Assembly: GCA_973895155.1 (NCBI GenBank)
Contig: OZ316899.1
Location: 8,435,241 to 8,499,240 of the forward strand
Length of the DNA: 64,000 nt
Direction: 5' to 3'
From: Marsupella aquatica
Taxonomy: Eukaryota; Plantae; Marchantiophyta
Numbering within the stretch: position 1 is the first letter of the stretch; each line of letters begins with the position of its first letter. This document shows positions 50,351 through 62,120 of the stretch, piece by piece. The notes under the pieces are model-generated. The model had not been told where the DNA came from, made no database searches, and worked only from the letters and a program-made list of their open reading frames with translations. A program made the translations under genes and the position numbers.

Positions 50351-53049
50351 GTCGCAGATCCAAAGTAATTTCTTAATCTATAATTATGTACACTTGCTTC
50401 TAACCATCTAATTAACCCTAAATCTCCGTAGGGGTTACCCTTTCCCAAAATGATGTCTTCTCCCAAATACCCACACGTAAATCAGCCGAATCAAAGGGAA
50501 ACTCGTTAGTTTGGATGGTATCCCCCACACAGGCCACTGCGACCGGATCCCTACCCACACTACAACACTACCTACACCTTTTGCAAACTTGAAAGCATTG
50601 CAAACAACAAAGGAAATCAAAGAAAAAAAACTCGCCTTTGCGAAGTATCGCGCATCGCAATAGAATCGCAAACTGTGAAGCCCAAAGGTTCACATCCGGT
50701 CTTTTGCAAGACCTTCGCAATGCCTTCGCAACTTGCAACACGAATAGAATCGGAAAGGACTCACATTTAAGCGACTCAGTGGGCGTCGCGATAGGCTTGC
50801 AATAATAATTGAGCAGTTCCATATTTGGGATTCCAGGAGTTTGGTAATATGTTTGCAATATTAAACAAATGGTAGTTATGCCATGAAGATCGCTTTGCAT
50901 TTGTGTGAAATTATGTGGTTCGCATAATGTTTGCGATACCTTCAGTATGGTAAATATGCGATTTGGGTTGTTCGCATAGGTTTTGCAAGCTGTCTTGAGG
51001 CTAGGGTTTAGATTTAGAGTTTTGAATTATGGTTGGGGTCTTGTTGTCCAACACGGAGAATGAGGTCTGAATCAAAATTGCTTTATAGAAAATTGATAGG
51101 TACACAAAAATTTCCTAAACCCTAAACCCTAGATGGGTGTCATATGACAAGCTAGGTCCCTATAAGACTACCCATATCAAAACTATATACTACACTAAGT
51201 AAATGGGCATCCCATGGGCACTACACCACCAAGCTCTAGAATGGGGTCCTCCTACTCCTTGTCGCCGGCCTCTTCCCCTTGTCCCTCTTGCGACGATCCG
51301 GACGTGGCACAGGAGGTGGTGCTGGCTGCTCCTCCACATCTGGTTCCTCCTCGTCCTCTTCCTCATCCTCTTCCTCCCCCTCCTGCTGGGAAACTCCTCC
51401 TACTGGTCCAGATCCACTAACTACCTCCTACCTTGGGCCCCTTTGTCGTGGTCCCCTCATTGTTCTCATCGGTGCTGCTGGTATCACTGGCATCCTCATC
51501 ATCCTGTTTGCACAGCACAACGCCAAATTGGTTTAGGTTTACGAAATGAAAAGATAAGTGGATTGGGTGGGAAAAATTGAAGGGGATACATGCACTTACA
51601 GTCGTCAACCCTGCGTCAACCAAGTCAAAGAGATGTTTGGCTCCATGCGCAGCTCCTATCTCCATCTCTTTTGTTGTTATCTTCCTGCGGTACCTCTTAT
51701 ACTACCACAACCAAACATTCCAAAACCAAAATCGATTGGGGTTAATATGCCATAAACCCAAGAAAAATGCATGGAGGTGCTAATAGGGTGCTCCCTAACA
51801 CAAAATTGGGCTCAATAACCCTTAGAGGAATTTTTAAACATAATACACACTTGCAAAACTCCCCGCTTCGCAAATTCAAATAAATTGGTTGTTTGCAAAG
51901 TAGTTTGCAAAGTGGGTTAGTTCGCAATAGCTTCGCATCTACAACTTTAAAAAATGCCATGATAGACTTTGCGAAACATTTGCGAAGCAACCCGCATCGC
52001 AAAAGCTTCGCAAACTTTGTTTTTAAAAAATTCCGAGAAATCTCTAAGGCACGCAATGTGTCAGGGTGACCTAAAGTACAAGGGAGGCCATAAGAAAGAA
52101 AGAAGAGGTATGCAGGGGGGCATTGCAGGTTTGGATAGCAATTGAAAGCAAGGAAACAGGAGCAGGGGAGGAGAGGGCCCACTCACAAAGTGTGCTTTGA
52201 GGCCGGGAAGTCCACCTTGGCCCATCTTGTGCGTGGTCTTGGGCCGTTTCCTGACTCGTTCAGCTGCAAGGATGAATTTTTGGGGTGGTGCCCCCACTTC
52301 ATCCACAATGTGCTGCATGTGAGACACCTTCTCAGCCATTGCCTTGAGGTCTCGGTCGGACTTCCCGGCCTTCTGTGCCTTGGCTTCCATCTCCTTCCAG
52401 AAGAGAAGGTTCTTGGCAGCTCTCATCTGCACCTCCACTTTGTAAAAGGCATTCCACATGTCCTCAGTGAATTGCAGTGGCCTCCTAGCTCACGTTTCTG
52501 TACTCCTCCAAGTTTGCCAGGTAGGCCCTTACCTTCTTCCTATCATGGTACCGTGCTTGAGACATTGAATTGGAAATTCTATCTGCAAGCCACTGTTCAT
52601 CAATCTCTGCTCCATTTCAAAATGAATCTTTGATTTGACTCATTACTTTCCTCTGGTCTGCCTTGCTGAGTTTCCCCCACTCAACTCCTCGTGCAAAATT
52701 GGAGCGCACCATAAGCCTGATAGTGCTCTTTGCCCCGGTGTAGGCCAGTTCAGTAGGAATTGTGATGCCTTGCCAAGATCATGAAGTAATAACTAAGCCT
52801 AAAAAATGGCTAAATAAGGATAGATAGAGAGTATAAGGTAACAATAAAGACCGATACCGATTTCTATGTGTAGATGATAAAGGAAAGGATCCAACGGTTG
52901 AGATCTAGTGGATTGGAGTTATGACCTAATCCATGCTTGATCACAAGGACCCCTAAGTGGCGGCTTCGGAGTAAGGTGACCAATACTCTGCCATTTCGCA
53001 TTCTCGTGCACACGGTTTTGGCATTGAGGAGCGACTATTAGTCGAGTGC

Positions 53050-56000
53050 ATGTGGTGGATTGGGAGATTGCGCAAGTTCTTGGCATTCGGTGGAATGAAC
53101 ACGGTGAATCAGGCAGGGAAGTTTTGGGGCTGTTTGCTTGAAGAAGCAAGGCAGATGATACCTACGTATGAAGACGTTGAGCCAGAGCGCGTAGCCAGAG
53201 AACGAGCGGAGCTTGTACAATTGTGGGGAATTCACAAAATGGCATTCGTAGATACGGAGGAGGTGTTGGAAAAGTTCTCGTGGACACCCACAAGTGCGAA
53301 GCTTGACGAATTGCTGATTCGGGAGAATAAGGTCGTGGGGATTAGAGAGGCAATCAAGAATGCAGGGCGGCCACTTTGGGAATTGAAGAGTCACACTGCG
53401 AAGTGGACGAAGGAAGCTATTCTTGGGGAGTATTCAGGCGCTGAAGAGATGAAGCGCAAGGGAAGTTCGGCATCCGCAACTCCAGCAAAGCAAACTAGGT
53501 CAGAGAGACCAATCAAGATGGAATCTGGGCCAGTTAGAGATCGGGCCGTAGAGGATAAAACCATGACAGTGTGGGCGGACAGGTTACTTGCCGATTTACA
53601 ATTACAGTTTGCAAGAGATGAGGATGAGGTCGTCAGTGCCGTCCAGGATAATAAATATGCAGGATATATTAATGACACTGGGTTGGAGGGCTTTGTCAGG
53701 TTGTCCTGGAGGATGGTAGACATACCGGATGAGGATCCGTTGGACTTTGTGGGATGCTGGGAGGCTTCTTCCAACACGACGCTGTTGTATGGAAAGGTGT
53801 TCAAACTAACACCTGCGCTTATCGAAGCCGTCTTTGCTTTACCAACAGGAAAGAAGACTAAGGTGGATCAGAGGAAGATGTTGTCGGATGACCAGTTCAG
53901 GTCATTTCTAGGGCCGTCCACTAAGAATGGGTTTTTTAGGAATCAATGTACCAACCCGCATATAGGGCAGCTGATTGATTTCCTGAGAGTCACGTTGCAT
54001 TGTACCTTGCCGAGAGCAGAAATCGGCAAAGCCCAGGTATTTTTGGTGGAGAATATTGATGCAAGCCGAGACTACAACGGCTATCTCTTAATGCGGTTGA
54101 AGAAGGCATTAAATGAAGAGAAGCAGAGTATTGGGGAGGGAGCAGTATCCAAACTACGGTACCATCTGCAATTACTTTGCCGATATGCAAGAAGCCAGTC
54201 TTTTGCACCGGTGTTGCCTATACAGGAGCGGATGCCGATCACTGCACCACTTGAGGAGGTGGAGGAGGGAGGAGGACAAGGAGCCTCTAAGCAAACAACG
54301 CCACGGGAGGAGGTCGGCAACACCGGCAACACGAGAACAGGAGCATTCCCCGATCAAGGAGCCAGAGGTAGTAACATATGATGTAGTGAGAAATCCGTTG
54401 CATCGGCCTACTCGTAATAATCCATATGCAGGCATCCAATTGGTCAAGAGGAAGATGACTACCAAAGAGAGAAAGAAATATGACGAGCAAATGGATTCAG
54501 AAACAGATGAGGAGGTAAGCCGAAGCCAGGAGAGGCCGGTATTAAGAGCTTCTAACAGAGCCCAAGTGGAGGGACCTGTGGAGGAAGGTCAACCAGCAGC
54601 AGCCCAACAATATTCGGAGGAAGAGATCGGGGGCTTTGGAGGAGAGGCCGGCATGCTAGGTAGTCAGGTTAATGTGGATGATTACGACGATGACTATGTC
54701 GATCACAGGGAGAGGCCGGTACCAGGAGTTAGAAAGATGGAAAGGTTTTGTAGAAGACTTCCCGTAGTCTTCTATGGCAAGCCGGAGGACCAGAAAACCC
54801 TAGAGTCTCCTCCACCGGACGTGACACCATTGGAATTTGACCAAATGAAGGAAGCCGAGGCAGGTCTGAAGGAGAAACTCGACGAGTGGAGGGCCCGAAA
54901 TGACATGCAGGAACGGCAGCTACCAAGCGGTGATTGACCGGAGGAAATAAGACGGCTTAGTGAGAAGCAGGCCGAACCTCTCACTGACTTTGATCAATTA
55001 CGGGCAGAAGCCTGGGAGAAACGGCCTCATTGGCAGATGCCAGTATCACATGGCAGGTCAAAATATGCCAGGGATCGGGCTAGGGAGTATGGAGACATGT
55101 GTGGACTGCTCGCCTTAGAAATCTTCGGCAATGAGTTAGAATCCGGACCATTTCTTAGAAAGGAAATGGTTGACCAAACAAGATTAGAGGAGGCAATGAC
55201 GTTGGAGCGATTAAAGAAAGAGGAGGTAATCGCTCGGCTTTGCTCCATGGAAGCCGAAGTTGCTAAGACAAAGTCTGGTCAACCAAATCAGCAGGATCTC
55301 TTGGCTAAGCAGCATGAATTGGAAGTGGCGAACAACCAATTGGAAAACTACCAATTGGATAACCAGCAGATCAAGGAAAAATTGACGAAGGTAGAGCTGG
55401 AGTTAGCCAATTCAAAAGTAGAAGTACAGGGTCTAAATCGCCAAGTCAAGAGGCTCAGAAAGACGGCTAAGGATCAGGCCACCCAGAGCAAGAAGGCCTT
55501 GGCAGAAGCCCAAAGGAAGTATGACAAGTTACTCGACCGGTTGGAGGCCATGCGTGAGAAGCATGATGACGCCATTTGCACAGCCGCCAATGATCACCTA
55601 AGCCGAGTCCAACAGATACGCAAAGAGCTTTAGGAGGAGCTAACCAGAACAAAGCAGGCATGGACGGACAAGGTCACAAAATTGGAAGGCATCAACGATT
55701 CCCAGAGAGCCGCTTTGGATAAGCAGGAGTTTGAGATTGTGCAGATCTTAAACGAGGAGCTCAAGACGGCCAAAGAGGAGGCTGTAGTATTGTATTAAGG
55801 ACATAAATCAGCATTTAATGCCTAAAACTCGGTATTCGTTCCCATGGAAGAACATGTTGGGAATGGTTTTCTATCAATTAACACTTATGAATGACTAAGG
55901 TGTCGAAAACACAAAGGTGAGCCTTTTACTATGGATGCTCAGCAAGGCATAGATTTAAATGTTTGCTTAACATTATAAATACGATTAACAAAATGGAATA

Positions 56001-58224
56001 AATTAACAAAACACAAGAAAATCTTGAGGTATGATGAGGGAGTCTGGAATAGACCAAGGTAACTCCTCAACAACACTTAATTTGTGATGATTTAAGGTGA
56101 AAAATCCGCAAGAACATTTCTGGAATGAAATACTTTACTAGGATGATTATTTAAATGCCATCAACATATCTTAACCTTTCCTTCCAAGGTACTCAGTTAG
56201 GATTAATAACCAATCACTTCAGCATCCAGTCGGTACTCCGAGTCACGAATAATGAACACCATCATCGTCAAACTAAAGTCATAGGTAATTGGTCAATAAC
56301 ATTCTTTGCATCCCGTGCAAAAGCAATGTCATGCCAAAAACTTATGCATCAAGAACTTAGAAATGTATAGCCTTCACCAATTAAGGAATCTATCTCCATA
56401 CATTCAAAAGATTTCATCATTTCACAAGGTTTCACTTCTCTGGTTTGATCTCCAACATTCAAACACAAGGAAGGGGGAAGAATTTCTTTGTATTAATCAC
56501 TCATGCAAATACAGAGTTTCTCTCTACAAAGTGAAGCCTTGTCATGCTGCAAATTTGCAACATAGTGCTTACATAATTCTTTCACACTTCAAATGACATA
56601 AATTCTACTTTATATAGGCTGGTAGAAACCCAAGGAGAGAGAAAATGAAAGGACATGCCCTTTCATGCCTCAAGGGTTCTTGAACTAAAGTAAAAATAAC
56701 AAAGGTGTGCTACAGTAGTACCTAAGGGTCACATGAGGGTTCCTGGTATATAAAACTAACCAAAAGGTATTGCAAATGTGAACTAATGTAAAAGTGACAT
56801 TAGGGTAAAACTAATGAATAGTGGCTTTGTCCTAATTTTAGTTTCTAAACCAAATATCAGTTTGAGATGAAACGTTCCCAGAGTATTCTCTTAGGTATAG
56901 TCTTCATGCTGGTAAAATCTCAGACTTTTCTGAGGTGCTTAGGTACTTCAATAAAATACCAAAAAGTACCGGAAATAAAGAACTACAGAAAATCGGAAAA
57001 AATTCTAAGTGTTGAAGGCATAAACGCGTATACACGTAAAAGCGTAAACTCGTAAAGACGTAATCGCAGTGCAACAAAAACTTAGCAGATTCAAACATTT
57101 TTAACTTCCTAGCTATAAGTCGGCTTGAGCTGAAACTTTCAGGGATGATTCTACTGCGTAATGACTACCTCCTGAAAAAGTATGAAACTTTTCTGACCAT
57201 GTGAACTATTTAACTAAAATATCAGAGATCGGCTGATCGTGGTAATTGCACACAGAGCTCATTTTTGATGAAGTGCTTTGGAGTCCGGTTCTTGAATCTT
57301 CTAGTCTGCATTGCTTCTCCAATGATGTCCAGTCTTCTTTCTTGGTAGCATGCAAAGAGCAAGGATTTATATGGCGATCCTTGTCCAATAGAGGCAATAG
57401 CCTCCGATGAAGCATAACATCAGGTAAAGTGTTCAGTTGATCTAAATTGCTACAAAAGGTAGCTATATTACACCTTTGAGTTAGAAAAAGTTCAAAATTT
57501 ATAAATTTTCCATCATTTCCAACTAATCTACTGCATTACAGAGGCGCTCCGGCTTAATGAGGAGGTTGAGGATTTATCCCAAGAGCTGGAGGAGGCCAAA
57601 GACAAGATGATTGGCTTGCAGAGGCGTGTAGATAACCAAACAGAAAAGTTGCGAAAGTATGTCAAAGCCGGGCACGGATCACCAACTGGACGGTCTCCCG
57701 CTAGTGGCATGGTCGTCGGGAATACGGAGATGTCGAAGCCAACATCTATTTTGTCAAGAGTAACTGGGGGTAAGGCAATGCAGTTGGTTGCGGATCTGGC
57801 CAAAACATTCATGGGGCCAACACGTACTTCTGGGGTACCCCATAAAGCCACGCCAGAAGAGGTCGAGAGTATGGCCGCCCACATTTGTGGGACTGTTGCT
57901 ACAAAGGCAGTTGTGGTAGAGATAAGTAATGTCGATGAACTTGGAGCTGCGGTAATAGGTTTAGACACCGGAACAGCCACCATGGACTACCAGAATGTGA
58001 AGCCGTGGAAGATCGATACAAAACATATTGGAGAGCGGGCTTGGATTGAGGAAATAAAGGCCATTGCTATCCAAGCCGTTTCCCAGGAGGATGCCGATGC
58101 AACAGCCGATGCCGGGGCCGACAAACCAGAACTCAAAGTCGAGGAAGCCGAAGGGGTCAAGCTAGAGCCGATGGCAGGAGAAGGTGCAGAGTCAGAAGAT
58201 TCGGACTTACCCCTTGTCACCTGA
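53050..58224 (+). pseudogene. ~1100-aa accessory protein (Transposase_32-like domain plus long coiled coil); frameshift, stops and a nested solo LTR
   Basis: GLEGFVRLSW...IEAVFALPTG...TKNGFFRNQCTNP; coiled coil at 55200-55780. The frame resumes AKEEA|LRLNEEV after the TSD. Confidence 0.8.
55783..57540 (-). mobile_element. 1758-bp solo LTR with perfect TSD GAGGC, related to 30943-34964
   Basis: gaggc|TGTAGTATTG...CTGCATTACA|gaggc. It shares aaactcggtattcgttccc, atttgaacttttt and gacttatag(c/t)taggaagtt with the 4-kb unit in reverse orientation. Confidence 0.93.
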
Positions 58225-61050
58225 CAATTAAGGAGGGCCAGTCATCGGTTGGAAGGAGGACGTGGCGGCAGGAGAAGGGCTTGGGCCAGAAGGGTGCGGC
58301 CGTTGTAGGATGGGACAGGGCAAGTAGCGCCCTGTCGGCTTAGGTAGTATTAGATGCTCGGTTCACACAGGGTTTCGGGCTAGTCAAGTTTTTTAGGTGA
58401 TAGTTTTTTAGTTGGATTATCGCGGTGGAAGGCCGTGAGTTGTGGTTAGGATTTCCGCCTTTTCCCCTGAATGCGCTGCAAGGATAAAAACCTGGGCAGC
58501 GTGGCTCGAGGGATTTTTCTTAGTCAAGACTCTAGTGTAAGTCAGTATTGCTAGCATACAGCTCTCGGCTAAATCTAGACCGCGGATTATCAGTAAACCA
58601 CAAATTTCCATGTCTGTGCAATTGTTTGAATTGAGTTGGTCTTGTTGCCTAGTTCGCAGATTCTTGCAATCATGGCGTTGTGTGTTGGGATACTTGTCGC
58701 TTGATCGATTTGAGTCAGTTAGAGCGATATTGTGAAGGTATACGATCGCATTGTCTTGATTAGAGACTGCCAAACCAAACTCTGAGAGAAAAGTGAGGAT
58801 TGAGAGTGTTTAGTCGGTGAAGTGTGGGTTGAGTCAGTCTGAAAAAGACCTTCAGCCGGCTTAAGAAATTAAGCCGTAGAGGTACATTCCGGGGGCGGAA
58901 TACAAATATACCTGTAGAAGTTAAAGAGGAATTAGGTGTCTCAGTTGTGCACAATTCACAAGCCCAGTGAAAGAATCGGTCCGGTAAGTGTGGATCGAAG
59001 GAGAGGATCGCATTTCCAAACCGAATAGCTGCCATACGGCAAGAGGACGGACATAAACGAGTGGTTTATGATCGACTGAGGGTAGTTCTTGGGGTTAGAG
59101 GTCTTGGAAAACGCGCCACAAGAATGCCTTCAATCAAGGCAATCATAGGCAACTTCTTCCTCTCTTCCTCCTTCTTTCGTTGCTCCTCCCGATGTGGTCT
59201 TATCTCATCTCATTCCTCTCTCCTCCTCTTCTTTTCTAGGGCAGCAGGTGAGACTACTCATGCCTTGGCCCTCTCCTCCTTCTTACGCTTCTTCTCTCTT
59301 GCCTTCTGTGAGCTGCACTCCTTTGCTCCTCCTCCCTTGCAATGTTCCCTGCAGCTACTCCCGTTTGCAAGGCTTGCCCTAGGATTGCACTCAAAGAAGC
59401 AATCCCTACTGGTGTAGTCAAATCTAAGCGGCTCAACTGTGCTACATTGAGGTGCTCAGCCATCAAATCGGTCCATCGATTCCTCTCCTGCTCCCCATTG
59501 CCTTCATTCCCATTGCCACTGTCACTCACCCCTGCCCCATCACCTCCATTTGCTCCACTGGAATCCATAGCTAAGCCACCCCCGAGCGCGCGTGAGCTCC
59601 CTTCTCCCTCCCTACGCTTGAAATTTGTCAAATGCCGCTGAGTATGCCGCGGCCGAGTGCTAAAGTACAAGCGGGAAAGACTTGCGAAGCAACCCATTTT
59701 GCAATTTGCGATTCTTCTCATTTCGCATGTAGTTTCTCAATTTTGCGAAACCATTGTGACGTGAAAGGCTTTGCAACACCTTTGCTCTCTCGCAGAAATG
59801 CTCTCGGGCTCTGTTTTTCTGAAGGTCGTGCGAAAGCAGATGCTTTGCAAAACTCAATTCTAATTTGTGATGGTATTTGCAAAGGAAGTGGCTTCGCAAG
59901 ACATTGGCAACTCGTCCTGGGGGGAATGTTGGTTTCATTTGAAAGGGTTTTTTTCAAAGGTAAGTGGACCCCTCTATACTCATATTTGGAATTCTTTTTG
60001 GCCATGTTTTGGGTGTTAGATAATACTTGAAGGCGGGTTTGAAGGGTTAGGCAGGTTAATGGGTTATGTATGGTGTTGGTTTAGGCTAAGGTTTGGGTTT
60101 ACATTAGTTTAGAAGAAATAATAAAGGTGTGGGATTTGGTTTACAAGAAATAAGTAAGGTTTGGGTTTAGGGTTTTAGGGTTTGGGGTTTTTAAATAGAA
60201 AGGTCTCTAGGGTTGAAGAAAGGTTTGGGTTTGTGTGTAAGTCAGATTTAGGTTTAATAGGTAGGATGCGGTTTGGGGTTGGAGGTTTGGATAAGACAAA
60301 GCAAGGTTTCATGAGATTTATATTGCAGCCTTTTGGGTTTAAGAGAGGTTCATTGGGTTTATGAATCAAAAAGGGATTGGCAAGGGTTTTGCTAACAAAG
60401 GAGGGGAATATATGATAGCTTGCAGGGTGCGGCACTTTTTGATGATTTGATACTAATGCATATGCATTGTGAGAGCCCGGGCATTTGAAAGGTAAACATT
60501 GCATGATCGGCTCAAGTGTTCATTTCATGTACTTAACACTTTTGGTTGCCACTATGTATAAAGGGGACATGTATATAGGGATGTTTGTTCTTGTCTGGTC
60601 CAGATTATTGTGCTTACATATACATGGAATGCTTGCAGCTTTTCCCTCATACTTTCAGATTGGGTTCATTCATTATCTTAGAGCCACAAGACCTATTGGC
60701 ACTGCTGAGCCCGGGTCTCATAAAGGTACCTTTTTTATTGCTATGGTCATTTTGGTTTGGGTTTCTTGTCATCATTATTTGGGAACTTTGATTTATATCA
60801 TTTTGTGGTATGTTTTGGTCATAACATGCCCATTTTAATTATATTTTGTTACAGGGGATATGTCTTCATCTTCTGAAATCTCCATCACAGACTCGTTCTC
60901 CTCTGATGAAGATACACCTCCTCCACCTCAACATCACACGACCAGTTCAGTCAAGGTGGAATCAAGTCAAATATACTCTGTCTACAATGACATCATCACT
61001 CATTTCAGACCTGTGACTTGGTACCCTCAAGTCCCAAGGTAGGACTTGTG

Positions 61051-61797
61051 TGTTTCATTTAGGAAAATAAATGCAGGGTTGTGCAAAAAAACTCCAAAGA
61101 CTCACCTGAATTTCAATGATCAGAAAGACCAGACCCCTTTCTATTCCAAAGCTAGGTGATCAACAATGTCATTTCTCAGCCAAAAATGGTTAACCTTGTT
61201 GTTAATTTCAGCTGTTGTAGCAAGGAACTCCAACCATGGCAAATTTCCCCTATTCACTCTTGTTGAAGGAACCCTTAAATATGGAGGAAAATTCTCATTT
61301 CTCTCATCCTCAACAATCATATTGTGGAGGATGACACAAGAAAGAAAAATATTTACTATGTTCTTTTTGTACCAAGGCCTGGCAGGCCTCTTCACTATCT
61401 CAAATCTAGCTTGGAGGACCCCAAATGCCCTCTCCACATCTTTTCTTGCTGCCTCCTAACATCTTGCAAAATGCTCAACTTATCAGACTATGGCATGTGC
61501 ACAGTGGATATGAACATGGACAACTCTGGATAAATTTCATCCACCAACAGATAAGCTTGTTTGTACTCCATACTATTGACATGGAAACTGACATTGGCCA
61601 AATCATTATGCAACCATTCATTTAGAAGTGGTGATCGGTCAAGCACATTCAGGTCATTATCTCCCCCAGCCAGCCCAAAAAAGGCATGCCAAATCCACAA
61701 TTCTTGATTAGCAATTGCTTCCAATATGATGGATTTGTTCTTGTCCTTGTCACTGTATTGGCCTTGCCAAGCAACATGACAATTCTTCCATGCCCAC
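61051..61797 (-). pseudogene. PIF/Harbinger transposase C-terminal fragment
   Basis: WAWKNCHVAWQGQY, IILEAIA..LWIWHAFFG, NDLNVLDRSPL, YLLVDEIYP, ERAFGVLQARF and CVILHNMIVEDER. Confidence 0.9.
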
Positions 61798-61937
61798 CTT
61801 GTGGTCCACCCCGTCAACTTTGTGAATGTTCCAGATGTATGGGTCAGGTTTCCCAAAAATCTTACATATGTGCCCAACATATTGAGAGATATGGGCGTTG
61901 TGGAAGTCATACGGCAAGGGCTTCTTCATCTCATATG
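61798..61937 (+). CDS. Probable N-terminal Zn-motif exon of the CACTA #2 transposase
   Basis: LCECSRC...CAQHIERYG resembles YCPCVNC...LHVIKHG of TnpD #1. It ends at a phase-0 donor ATG|GTAAGT. Confidence 0.65.
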
Positions 61938-62120
61938 GTAAGTGTTATGCCTTAGTTTTCCTACCCTATTCCCATTACTCAATGGTTGAAGGTTTTTAAT
62001 TTCACACCTACTTTTGTTTGTTTTGGTTTTGGTGGAATAGGTATCCAATAGGCCTAGAACTGCGGCACAAGCACCCTATGTCCCATCACAAGGTGTTCTA
62101 GATGCTATAGGCAATGAGCC

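Larger units (their letters stand above)
52761..59120 (+). mobile_element. TG..CA unit (~4.6 kb without the nested LTR) carrying one long accessory ORF; giant solo-LTR-like
   Basis: ggaat|TGTGATGCCTTGCCAAGA...TCTTGGAAAACGCGCCACA|agaat (TSD 4/5). Imperfect terminal inverted repeats. No gag/pol and no visible internal LTR pair. Confidence 0.82.
51200..59568 (-). pseudogene. TnpA/Transposase_24-like multi-exon gene of CACTA #2, split by the insertion at 52761-59120
   Basis: MDSSG start at 59568. LIEGI|xTELAY reads across the TSD. RPLQFTEDMWNAF...RKRPKTTHKMGQGG parallels the TnpA-like exon at 7230-7688. Confidence 0.62.

Noticed and set aside
53050-58224. Envelope-like gene
   Set aside because: I see no signal peptide or transmembrane segment; the protein is charged and coiled-coil.
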